Assembly (NCBI GenBank): GCA_000004985.1
Contig: GG738859.1
Length of the DNA: 64,000 bases
From: Naegleria gruberi
Lineage: Eukaryota
Strand: one strand, 5' to 3'
In this document: positions 1 through 8,800 of the stretch, one piece after another
Layout: the number at the start of each line of letters is the position of its first letter
Numbering within the stretch: the stretch's first letter is position 1
Notes under the pieces: model-generated
Databases searched by the model: none
What the model was told of the DNA's origin: nothing
Seen by the model: only the letters and a program-made list of their open reading frames with translations
Program-made: the position numbers and the translations under genes

Positions 1-170
1 AAGGAATATGAAGAATCCGATTCCATCGAATATAATTTTAAAGCTGCACGTCACTGTTCTCACTAAATGAGGTGTCGTCGCATTCACATCAGTTGACATT
101 TTTTAAAAACCTTGATTATCTCTGTAAATTCTTTATGGCAATAAAAAAGTCCAATAAAAAATTACTTGTA

Positions 171-1019
171 CTATTTATTCGATATAACTTCCAATTTGAT
201 AAACCATCCTCCATCTACAGCTTGTTTTTCATCAGCAGCTCCAACAGGACATGTCCAACCACAATATCCACCCCCAGTCAATGAAATAATTTGGTCATCC
301 TTTGAGAAATTCCAAGTTCCATAACTACAATAACCGTTATGTAAAAAGCTAACACTGAATTTGAAAGGAGTACCACTCAGATCACACATTGCTCTTCCGT
401 CATCGACTGAACCCCCTTCACAACCAAAACAAGTTGCATACGAAACTTCCTTTGTTTTCCAATTATGATGATTACATACGCCAGTTGACTTGGAAAATGT
501 ATGATCTCCTGTATGAATCATTAAAGTTTCTGGATTAATTCTCAATCGATACCAACGAGTTATAATATCAGCATCATTCCAACTCCAGGGTTTTCTTCTA
601 GGAACAGTATAGGTTGAGTAATTATTAGTTGGAGAAGGCAAAATTAAATAGTAACAATTCTTGGCTCCTTGATAGAATGTATATGTTCCATAATTTGGTA
701 TTTCAAATTCTTGATATCTGTACGAACAAGAAACCAAATACCAATTCCAACAAGTCAACTGAAAACTCAAACAAGTCTCCTCATCATTCTCAATAAACCC
801 AAAAATCTCCCTCAATAAATCATCAGGAATTACAAATGTTTCCATCACTGATTTTTTATATTGTGATTCAACACTTTGGAATAATAAATCATTAATATTG
901 GAGAGGAATTGGTGGGATGATGAGGTTGTGGACGTTTCATCAGAATGATGATCCTTCTTGTTGTGATGAGAAGAGGAATTTGATGATGAATTTTTAGAGA
1001 AGAGTTTGCGAAGGACCAT
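171..1019 (-). CDS. F-box domain protein with C-terminal Cys/Trp/Gly-rich (possibly FBA-like) domain
   Basis: 282-aa ORF. A Ser/Asn-rich leader is followed by an F-box-like motif (IPDDLLREIFGFIENDEE...LTCWNWYLV). Then comes a ~180-aa globular C-terminal region rich in Cys, Trp and Gly. No intron is evident in the window. Confidence 0.5.
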   Translation of the reverse strand: MVLRKLFSKNSSSNSSSHHNKKDHHSDETSTTSSSHQFLSNINDLLFQSVESQYKKSVMETFVIPDDLLREIFGFIENDEETCLSFQLTCWNWYLVSCSYRYQEFEIPNYGTYTFYQGAKNCYYLILPSPTNNYSTYTVPRRKPWSWNDADIITRWYRLRINPETLMIHTGDHTFSKSTGVCNHHNWKTKEVSYATCFGCEGGSVDDGRAMCDLSGTPFKFSVSFLHNGYCSYGTWNFSKDDQIISLTGGGYCGWTCPVGAADEKQAVDGGWFIKLEVISNK

Positions 1020-1116
1020 GTTGGGGCAATTTTTTTAAAGTTTTCTTGATGAAACCTTGATGAACTTTATTACAATGAGTGTTCAATCAATCATTTTGAA
1101 TTCTGTTTGACAATAT

Positions 1117-1791
1117 TTAATTAGCGAATTGATCATACTGAGCTCTCACAGCAACCATTTGATCAGGATACAACAATCCAACAAATCCCAAAATACCATA
1201 ATAGGAAGCAGATAAAGCTGCAATAATCAAAGCCATCACTAATGGTTTCTTCAATTTATATCCAAGAGCAATATTCAATCCATAAATAGTATGATACAAT
1301 CCACATGCCAATAAGAATCCAAAGAATCCCAAAGCACCTACCATACCCATTTCCTTCTCAGCCACAAAAGCAATTGAAGCAAATGAAGCATTAAATGAAT
1401 TTTTAAATCTATTACCAAAAATGTGCATTGGAATAAGGAATGAAAGAATATATCCAGTAATACTGTGTAATTTCTTTGATAATGAAGCTGTTGCTGCTTC
1501 GACTTCTGCTGCCTTCTTTTGAGTGAATGAGAGAAGTGAATTGACAAACATGTGAACAGCAAGTGGAGCGAATACGACCAAACCCTCAACAATCATATTT
1601 GGTCTATAAATTCCTCTAGTTGTTTCCAGAACAGAATCATATTTCAATGGAGATAAGGCTGCAGAAATAGTTGTAGCCACGTGTAAGGTTACAAAAACTG
1701 AGAAGGTAATTCCCGACCAACGTTGCAATTGCTTCAACATTTTAGGAGGTGGTGATGGTGGAACGGACATTGACTTGGCGCTTTGAGACAT
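1117..1791 (-). CDS. multi-pass integral membrane protein, unknown family
   Basis: 224-aa ORF with about 5-6 hydrophobic helices (e.g. ITFSVFVTLHVATTISAAL, LVVFAPLAVHMFVNSLL, GMVGALGFFGFLLACGLY, LVMALIIAALSASYYGILGFVGLLY). The ATG at 1791 follows an A-rich leader. Confidence 0.5.
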   Translation of the reverse strand: MSQSAKSMSVPPSPPPKMLKQLQRWSGITFSVFVTLHVATTISAALSPLKYDSVLETTRGIYRPNMIVEGLVVFAPLAVHMFVNSLLSFTQKKAAEVEAATASLSKKLHSITGYILSFLIPMHIFGNRFKNSFNASFASIAFVAEKEMGMVGALGFFGFLLACGLYHTIYGLNIALGYKLKKPLVMALIIAALSASYYGILGFVGLLYPDQMVAVRAQYDQFAN

Positions 1792-2269
1792 TTTTTTTAA
1801 GGGTTTTTGTTGTTGAATGTGTTTGTTGAGTGGATGAGAGTGTTTGGAGAATTTTAAATGCTAATTGGAGTTTTATCAATTTAAATTCTACTGTAAAGAG
1901 GTGTGGGTGTATTAAATGGAGAGGGGTTATGTCAGGTAAATGTTGAAAAGGCCTCAAACACGTGTTTTGAATAGTATATTAAGAGAGTGTTTGCTTAATA
2001 TTGTCCATGAAAGTTCACTTTATGAATTCACAAATTTTTACAATGTTAACCATTTCACAATATCAATGGAAGCCTTATCAAAGTAAAAACTTGAAAAACA
2101 ACCATTTTCCATAACAACATTATTGTTGTAAACTATTTAAATAAATGCAAATAAAATCAAAAAAAAATGCAAACTTCAACTGATAACCCCACACAAATCA
2201 ATCAACTCTCAGAACAATTTCTGTTTGCACTTTCTCTTGAAGAATCCAATCCACATCAAATGTTTTCCA

Positions 2270-2360
2270 TGGTGCTAGCCTAAGAGTGGATGTAGTTGGT
2301 GGTGTAGCCGGTAGCCGGTTACAGCCGGATGGTAGTGCGGGTAGTCGGAAGCTGTTGAAT
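2270..2360. repeat. GC-rich degenerate short tandem repeat (GGTAGCCGG-like units)
   Basis: The sequence ggtggtgtagccggtagccggttacagccggatggtagtgcgggtagtcgg carries five or more copies of a 7-9-bp GTAGYCGG unit. It lies in an otherwise AT-rich spacer, directly 3' of the transposase-like ORF. Confidence 0.45.
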
Positions 2361-2400
2361 ACACCTTCAAAGCCAAAAATTAATAATAAAAGTTCTATTT

Positions 2401-4341
2401 TTAAAATTTAACTTTATGAAAATTCATGAAAAACGAGTATTGGTTGAACATTTCTTTGCCAGCAATATTATGAATCAAACATTTACCAATTATTTGATTT
2501 AGTGCAACATAGCCTGTTGTTACATGAATGTTTGAATCAATTAATCTATATCCAATAATTGGATGAACCGAAGAGAGACACTTTTTGATGTTGGTGAAAT
2601 ATACTTTTTGCTCTTTAACCTCAACAAATTGACCAACAAGTAAGGAACCATCCTTTGCCTTAAATAAAATAAATTCTTTGTTTTGTACAATTGGAATCCA
2701 TTTCTTGTTTTCAGATTGATTTCTTACCCAAGGATAATTGATGTTAATTTGTCTTTGAAGTTTTTCAAAATTCGCTCCTCGTTGTTCTAAATTTTTGTGA
2801 TTGGAAGAGTCATTAAATTGTTTGAAAACTTTGTGTTTCAATTCAAAAAGCAATGCCCAGAAGAACCTGGCATTTCCCCACTTCAAACAATCTTCAAAAA
2901 TATGAGAATTCCAATGAAAATTAGGATTTGTAAAATTACCATTACCATATAGGGAAATGACTTGTTTCCTGAAATTGAAATGTTTCAATTTTGCAATTTC
3001 AATGTTTGAAGGTGAAACCAAATCTTGAATCAAAGAAAGTACGTATTCTACGTGATTTGACCAACATATAATATGTTTCTTCTTCAAACTGAATGAAACA
3101 TCACAGTGATTCTTATTATTAATAAGAAAATCATAGATAATTGGGCAACTAAAAACCACGAATTCCAAAAAATGATCTGCTGAACAATCATTGTAATCTT
3201 TTGCAATCATTTTCAAAGGTTTACCATGATTGTTTGTATACTTGTCCATAACAGACTGAAAATCACTTAAAATGTTGGTGTAATTGAAATATTTGAAAAA
3301 TTTTTTAAGGTGTCTCCTTAAATCACCTTGAATAGAACCATGCATTAATTCAACAGTTGAATTTTCAAAAATATCACAATCCTTAATTTGTAAAAACGGA
3401 CACTTCATTTGAGTATTGTTACTTTGTCGAACTTTTTCTTTTACCTGTTTGGATTTTTTGGACTTGGAATCAATCTGCATATCTTTGATTTGAATATCAG
3501 CGACTGTAATAAACTTGTAGCCATTACATGAGGTACCAATTGATAATTTTTGTTGCATTTCAATTGCTTCAGTAACAGTTCTTAAAGGATAGACTAAAGG
3601 TGTTGAAATGTCATTAGGACATTTACAATAATCTCCTTTTGGGCATTTACATTTAGAACATGTATAGCTTTCAAGAAATAATGATAGCCATCTTTGTACA
3701 GAATCCCAAATCCAAGGACCTATTAGAATTCGAATCTTTTCAATTGAATCAGTGTAAGAGTTATAAACATCAATTGATTTTCCATTAATTTCATTCAACT
3801 CTTCAACTAGTTTTGTTGCTAATTTGAATTGGGAAATATTTGTTTTTGAATTTCCTAGTAATGAAATTGATTCCATATTCGAAGTAAGAAAGCTTCGATT
3901 AAAATTCAATAAGGTGAAATATAATCCTGCTGTTTTGTCTGTACCTGTTCTATGTTTTCTAAATTCATCAATATAATACATAATGACAATTGGTGTTTCG
4001 TCTGGTGAACATTTCTTTTTCAATTCTTGAAATCCTTTTGATGCGTATGGTTCATAATTGAATAATGGTTCTTTTGTTAAATCCTCTGGCTTATTACCAT
4101 TATGTATCTTTTTTGCAATAAACGGATCTGCATATAAATATTTGATACAATTTACAACACCATAGTATACATATTGGTCCTGTTCAGTATCATTTTCATC
4201 AATTATTGGTTGTTGAGTTTTGAAATATTTACATCTGGTTTGAATTTGATCGTATGAAAGACATTCTTGACCACATAATTTCAGTATTTCAGTTGTATAA
4301 TTGTATTGTTCTTTTGTAAACTGTTTGGATTTCAACATCAT
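2401..4341 (-). CDS. large Cys-cluster protein, transposase-like (KDZ/Tnp2-like CxC clusters?) or lineage-specific family
   Basis: 646-aa uninterrupted ORF with a clustered Cys motif (YTCSKCKCPKGDYCKCPND) and further CxxC pairs. The size and Cys clusters fit eukaryotic DNA-transposase-derived proteins. No recognisable housekeeping domain. Confidence 0.4.
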   Translation of the reverse strand: MMLKSKQFTKEQYNYTTEILKLCGQECLSYDQIQTRCKYFKTQQPIIDENDTEQDQYVYYGVVNCIKYLYADPFIAKKIHNGNKPEDLTKEPLFNYEPYASKGFQELKKKCSPDETPIVIMYYIDEFRKHRTGTDKTAGLYFTLLNFNRSFLTSNMESISLLGNSKTNISQFKLATKLVEELNEINGKSIDVYNSYTDSIEKIRILIGPWIWDSVQRWLSLFLESYTCSKCKCPKGDYCKCPNDISTPLVYPLRTVTEAIEMQQKLSIGTSCNGYKFITVADIQIKDMQIDSKSKKSKQVKEKVRQSNNTQMKCPFLQIKDCDIFENSTVELMHGSIQGDLRRHLKKFFKYFNYTNILSDFQSVMDKYTNNHGKPLKMIAKDYNDCSADHFLEFVVFSCPIIYDFLINNKNHCDVSFSLKKKHIICWSNHVEYVLSLIQDLVSPSNIEIAKLKHFNFRKQVISLYGNGNFTNPNFHWNSHIFEDCLKWGNARFFWALLFELKHKVFKQFNDSSNHKNLEQRGANFEKLQRQININYPWVRNQSENKKWIPIVQNKEFILFKAKDGSLLVGQFVEVKEQKVYFTNIKKCLSSVHPIIGYRLIDSNIHVTTGYVALNQIIGKCLIHNIAGKEMFNQYSFFMNFHKVKF

Positions 4342-4393
4342 GAAACTATGCCATTCTAATTCATTAGCGAATGGAGCAAACTTATTTGAAGGA

Positions 4394-4639
4394 TCAGTGT
4401 TCTTTTGTAATATGTTTCAACAACGTTTCAGATTTGACACAACTATAATCACATAAACAACATCCAAGTTTTTCCTTAGTAAAATTTTTACACTCAGAGT
4501 TTTCACAGTTACATTTAATTTGAATCTTGAATTTTGCACTTGAAATTGGTTGGTAAAATACTGTGTGTAAAGATTTCTTGCAAGAATCACAGCGTCTTTC
4601 AAAATAGATACCTTGTTCCTTGTTATTTTGTAAAGACAT
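4394..4639 (-). CDS. small C2H2-like zinc-finger ORF, possibly a 5' part of the 2401..4341 transposase-like gene
   Basis: Translated from the first ATG (MSLQNNKEQGIYFERRCDSCKKSLHTVFYQPISSAKFKIQIKCNCENSECKNFTKEKLGCCLCDYSCVKSETLLKHITKEH). It has CxxC...H and C-x-C-x6-C-x3-H-x4-H arrangements. It is on the same strand as the next ORF and 52 bp upstream of it. I found no clean GT-AG intron joining the two. Confidence 0.35.
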   Translation of the reverse strand: MSLQNNKEQGIYFERRCDSCKKSLHTVFYQPISSAKFKIQIKCNCENSECKNFTKEKLGCCLCDYSCVKSETLLKHITKEH

Positions 4640-4710
4640 TTTTTTTCGTCTAAAAACTGGCTTTCGACTGAAAATTCGAATCAAAAAAAACACAATAAAA
4701 AACACAATAA

Positions 4711-5648
4711 ATGCCAGGTAAGTAATTCAACATCAACCTTGTAACTTTTCCATCAACTGCCAATTTTACATCATTTCAGCATCATCACCATCAGTAAAAG
4801 TAAGTAGTTTAGCACCATTTATTCAACATAAATTATTCTAATAACAAAGAAGAAGACTAAATTAACCATAACATGTTTACCAGAAGCCACATATGAAAAG
4901 TTGGCTGACTGTTATCCCAAGGCTGCAGTGGGATGGAAGGATACTTAACGAGCGTAAGTAAGCAAATTGTTAGTTATTTATTTGATTTTATATAGACTAA
5001 AAAGAGAAGTTATGCAATGTATTCGAATTTACTGTAAGCGAAAAGGGATTCCCCAAAATGATACTGCCATGAGTTCATGTAAAGATTGTCTGCAATTAAC
5101 TTTTGGTGAAACATTGTTCAGAAAACATGTTAATGGATTGTCAACGGATACATATAAATACGTGCAAAGTATTGTAAGTGAAGTTTATCCTTAAATTATT
5201 TATTAATTATTTTCCAACAATTAATTAGAGCTATTGTTATGTCAGTAAGATATTCAGCAATCTGTGGAGTTCTTTTAAAAGAAAGAGTCTAATAGAATTA
5301 AAGAAAAAAGAGAAGCCAAAAAGAAAGAAGAATTCCAATGTAGAAGTTTCTAATATAGAAGGGGTTCCATCCTCAATTCAAGCAACAGATATTCAACCTT
5401 CTACCTCTTCACCAACAAGAGAACATGTCAGAGCCAACAATGGTCAATTCTCTTCATTGCAGAGCTATGTTGCAGAAGATGAACAAGTTGTTTTTTTAAC
5501 ACTTGTTAAAGATTGGATCAAAAAACCTGACACAAGAGCAACACAACCTTCAGCAGACGCAATTAATTTGCTTGATATGGAATCAGATGGTGCAGATCTT
5601 TATTCAGATAATGGTCAATCAGACTCAGAAGAAGCACAACAATTGTAA
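4711..5648 (+). other. unresolved small-exon transcription unit (micro-exons ATGCCAG / ...KPHMKSWLTVIPRLQWDGRILNE / Cys-containing exon / acidic C-terminal exon)
   Basis: ATGCCAG is followed by GTAAGT at 4718. There is a TTTCAG acceptor at 4779 and GTAAGT donors at 4800 and 4954. The terminal acidic ORF at 5457..5648 ends in TAA. The exon phases could not be joined consistently by eye. Confidence 0.25.
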
Positions 5649-5743
5649 ATAAATAAATCAGTTTTACTCAAATTATGAAAATTGTAATGGTCAACAGAGT
5701 AAATTAAGGGAAACTTTCAGTCTAATACCAACACACTAAAAGC

Positions 5744-5826
5744 CGCATAGAAACTGAATGTTCACCGAATAGTCACTGAATGTTTACCATATAATAACCG
5801 AATGGTTACTGAATATTTATTGAATA
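5744..5826. repeat. three to four degenerate tandem copies of a ~22-bp motif CCGAATRGTYACTGAATRTTTA
   Basis: The sequence is ctgaatgttcaccgaatagtcactgaatgtttacc...ccgaatggttactgaatatttattgaatagttaccc. It is upstream of the Sel1-repeat gene and may be a regulatory array. Confidence 0.5.
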
Positions 5827-6077
5827 GTTACCCACCAATTTCATTCCTTTACCCAACAATCAACCGACTACCAACCAACTAACACTGAACTAAAACGGTC
5901 AGGCGATTATGGGCTGATATTCGATTAATTTCTGGAAAATCGTTCAGTTATTTTCGGAAACAAGTTGGGGGAAATTAGGGTTGTAGTAGGGTTGTGGATG
6001 GGGTTTAGACGGAACATAGCCAACTAAAAACCAACTATAACACTGTCTATTACCCAAGTACTCCACTCTTAGGAGAG

Positions 6078-7181
6078 TTGGCCACTGTTAAGAATTATCC
6101 ACAAGCATTCAACATCATTTCGGAATGTTATCGAAATCAAGTGGGTGTTCAATATAATGAAGATAAGGTTTTCGAATATGCCATGATGGGATCAGAAAGG
6201 GGTGATTTGATTTCCACATTCTATGTTGGAAATTGTTATAATTTTGGAGTGGGAAGGGAGGTTAATGTAGAACTAGCTATGGAGTGGTATGAAAAGGCAG
6301 CTAATGCTGGTCATGGAATGTCATGCTTTCTTGTGGCAGATAAATGTCATCAGGAAAAGGATTTTGATAATGCAATGAAATGGTATTCGAAAGGAGCAGA
6401 ATTGGGATTGGATTTGTGTTTTCATAGATTAGGATACATGATTGAAAGAGGAGAAGGTTGTGAACGTGATCTAGGAAAGGCATTTGAATGGTTTCATAAA
6501 GCTGCCAATTGTGGAATACCTGTATCCATGTACAGTTTGGGAGTTTGTTACGAAAGAGGAATTGGATGTGAGATTAATGAAAAGAAATCAATGGAGTGGT
6601 ATGTAAAGGCTGCCAGGAAGGGTAATCAACAAGCCAATGCCAAAGTAACATTGAGATGTACAACTGGAATTCGAGGAGATTATGATTTCAAACTTGCATA
6701 CGAATTGTTTTTATTGGATGCAACAGTTAAGAAGACTTTCATTGAATTCTGCTCTTGTTTTGACATGCCCATCTCCAAATTCTACATTGCACAGGAGTTA
6801 TATTATGAAAATGCAAGAAATGATTCTTACAATTCTTTGGAAATTATTGAAATGCTAGAATCAACTCAACAATTATATCAAAGCCAGAATTTGCTAGGGC
6901 TTATTTATTTGGAAGGAAAGATTGTAGAGCAGAATTTTGATTGTGCTTTCAAATTAATTGAGAAAGCAGCAGAATCAAAGAAGGGAAAATGTCTCTTTGA
7001 TTTGGCCATCATGTACCTGTATGGTTATGGTTGTAAAAAGGATTCACTCGAAGCCAGATATCGATTAAAACAATTGGCAATAGAAGAATATCAACCAGCT
7101 ATTGATTTACTTGAAAGGAGTTTCCACTCTGATTTATTGAAGAATCGGCAATATTCTGATTTGATTATTGTTATGAAATGA
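6078..7181 (+). CDS. Sel1-like (TPR-family) repeat protein
   Basis: At least six Sel1 repeats with the signature A-x-x-W-Y-x-K-A-A-x-x-G (AMEWYEKAANAGH, AMKWYSKGAELG, AFEWFHKAANCG, SMEWYVKAARKGN) and repeated G-x-G-C-E/K motifs. The ORF opens at 6078 after a stop. The first in-frame ATG is at 6183, so the 5' end or an upstream exon is uncertain. Stop TGA is at 7179-7181. Confidence 0.75.
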   Translation: MATVKNYPQAFNIISECYRNQVGVQYNEDKVFEYAMMGSERGDLISTFYVGNCYNFGVGREVNVELAMEWYEKAANAGHGMSCFLVADKCHQEKDFDNAMKWYSKGAELGLDLCFHRLGYMIERGEGCERDLGKAFEWFHKAANCGIPVSMYSLGVCYERGIGCEINEKKSMEWYVKAARKGNQQANAKVTLRCTTGIRGDYDFKLAYELFLLDATVKKTFIEFCSCFDMPISKFYIAQELYYENARNDSYNSLEIIEMLESTQQLYQSQNLLGLIYLEGKIVEQNFDCAFKLIEKAAESKKGKCLFDLAIMYLYGYGCKKDSLEARYRLKQLAIEEYQPAIDLLERSFHSDLLKNRQYSDLIIVMK

Positions 7182-7415
7182 TACTTTTTTTTATTAAGGA
7201 ATTAGTTATATATTCAACATGGTGTTTGTTTCATAACTGAAATATTTTCAAGGTATTTAGAAAGATAACAATTTTACAATTTATTGAAAACTTCTTACAG
7301 AACTGGTTTCATTACTGTAATGACATTTATCACATTTCTGAGAAATAGGGCTTATGCAATAAATCCGATTTAATCTGCAATTCAATAGCATTCATCATCC
7401 ATCATTAAAAAAAAT

Positions 7416-7678
7416 TTAAACGTTTATTAATCGTATGAACCCGACGGGTTCGTCTTGATGATATTACGAATATTAAATAATAAATTCTTTCTTGTTGGGA
7501 TTGCTTTGTTCATTTCTTGTAACTCTGTGGACACAAATACTTGGCTTGAACACCCTATGCTGGAACCCCGGGTAGTATAGGGTACGGTGACTTAACCCGA
7601 CGTAAGTATTGCGGCAACACACTGTGGTCTCAGGGTCAACAGTGTAGTTACTGGGTGGTACGACATTTTTTTTGAGAC
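7416..7678 (+). ncRNA. candidate structured Pol III-type ncRNA (RNase MRP / RNase P / SRP-RNA size class), identity unresolved
   Basis: GC-rich island with several perfect hairpins: gaaccc-gac-gggttc at 7437-7451, ACCCTAT...ATAGGGT, and ACACTGT-13nt-ACAGTGT. A TATA-like TTTATTAA lies about 25 bp upstream of GGGTTCGTCTTGATG, which resembles the 5' end of RNase MRP RNA (GGTTCGTGCTGAAGG). There is a GGAACCCCGGG stretch. The element ends in a T8 run (7666-7673), typical of Pol III termination. No ORF. Confidence 0.3.
7666..7673 (+). terminator. T8 run, candidate RNA polymerase III terminator of the 7416-7678 element
   Basis: TTTTTTTT follows a GC-rich stem region and lies 20 bp before the next gene's ATG. 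Confidence 0.3.
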
Positions 7679-7693
7679 CCATCATTAAAAAAA

Positions 7694-8740
7694 ATGCAAA
7701 AATCAACACTTTTAACCGCCACATGTCTGTTGATGTGTGTATTACTGTCAATTTTGACAGCCTTCTCTGATGCCTCCTTGAGTGGAACATCATCTGAAGC
7801 TTACGCACTTGCTCACGCATCAGCCAGTAAGAATGAAGTTAAAATTGCCTCTTTCAATATTCAAATTTTTGGTTCTTCCAAAATGGAAAAGAAGAATGTT
7901 TTGGCTGTCATTTTGAAAATTCTCTCCAGATATGATTTAGTATTAATTCAAGAAGTTCGTGATTCTTCCGATACTGCCTTTGCTAATCTTGTAAAAGAAT
8001 TGTCAAATTACAATAAGAATGTCAAGTATGGCTCAGCAATTAGTGAAAGACTTGGAAGAAGTAATTCAAAGGAACAATATGGATTTATTTACAATACTGA
8101 TAAGGTAAAAATGATCAAGACTGTTCAATTTAAGGATACAAAAGGATGGTTTGAAAGACCGCCTTTTGCATTTGTTTTTGAATTGAATGCTGCCAAGTTG
8201 AAAGGTCAACAATTTGCAATTCTTGGATGTCATATTAAACCAGGTGATGTTGTCAATGAATTGAATCATCTTGTTGAAGTTTATGATTCATTCAAGAGTG
8301 AACCATTCTATAAGAATATTATTTTGACTGGTGATTTCAATGCTGATTGTTCTTACTTGTCTGATACTGAAATGAAGAAACTCAAATTGTCCACTGATGC
8401 TAGATTCAAGTGGTTGATTGATATGGACTCAACTGTTGCTGATTCTGAATGTTCATATGATAGATATATTGTTCCAGTTGAACTTTCAGCAAAGAAGCTT
8501 TCCAGTGGAGCTCTCTATGAACTCGGTCAAGCTACCGTTTATAGATATGATAAGGATATGAAGATTACTGATGAAGAATTGGTTGAAGATGTCAGTGATC
8601 ACTATCCAATCGAAATGACAATTACTAGCTCTCAAAACATTGGTCTTTCTTCCAAGACTTTGGCTGATTTGGTCTTTGATGATTTGGTTAAGGAAGAAGG
8701 TGAAGACGATTGGAGAAGAATAAACATGAATCCATACTAA
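7694..8740 (+). CDS. secreted DNase I-like endonuclease
   Basis: 348 aa. It has an N-terminal signal peptide (MQKSTLLTATCLLMCVLLSILTAFS). DNase I family motifs are present (KIASFNIQIFG...YDLVLIQEVRD, FAILGCHIKPGD, LTGDFNADCSY, SDHYPIE). Single exon, stop TAA. Confidence 0.85.
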   Translation: MQKSTLLTATCLLMCVLLSILTAFSDASLSGTSSEAYALAHASASKNEVKIASFNIQIFGSSKMEKKNVLAVILKILSRYDLVLIQEVRDSSDTAFANLVKELSNYNKNVKYGSAISERLGRSNSKEQYGFIYNTDKVKMIKTVQFKDTKGWFERPPFAFVFELNAAKLKGQQFAILGCHIKPGDVVNELNHLVEVYDSFKSEPFYKNIILTGDFNADCSYLSDTEMKKLKLSTDARFKWLIDMDSTVADSECSYDRYIVPVELSAKKLSSGALYELGQATVYRYDKDMKITDEELVEDVSDHYPIEMTITSSQNIGLSSKTLADLVFDDLVKEEGEDDWRRINMNPY

Positions 8741-8800
8741 CTGAATTGTTAATCAATTCGATTGGATTCGAAAATGTTTATTATACACGAATTAGTTTTA

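Larger units (their letters stand above)
7399..7695. repeat. perfect 17-bp direct repeat CCATCATTAAAAAAAAT (7399-7415 and 7679-7695) flanking a 263-bp GC-rich insertion-like element
   Basis: The two copies are exact over 17 bp. The intervening 7416-7678 is far more GC-rich than its surroundings. The second copy overlaps the DNase gene ATG (7694). Confidence 0.6.

Noticed and set aside
1338-1592. Short ORFs nested inside or antisense to long genes (e.g. 1338..1592, 6301..6483, 9771..9992, 10162..10623, 11038..11259, 24268..24576, 28321..28695, 50649..51161, 57852..58076, 60923..62282)
   Set aside because: They overlap well-supported conserved CDSs on the opposite strand or in another frame. 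Their translations are low-complexity and frame-shadow artefacts of AT-rich or codon-biased sequence.
7437-7460. Possible tRNA gene (GGTTCGTCT resembles the B box GGTTCGANTCC)
   Set aside because: There is no A box at the proper spacing upstream, no cloverleaf and no acceptor-stem complementarity. It was treated as part of the larger structured element instead.
7473-7820. 115-aa minus-strand ORF spanning the GC-rich element and the DNase start
   Set aside because: The ORF uses a non-ATG start and overlaps the DNase signal-peptide exon. Its translation is arbitrary. The region is better explained as the ncRNA-like element plus the DNase 5' end.
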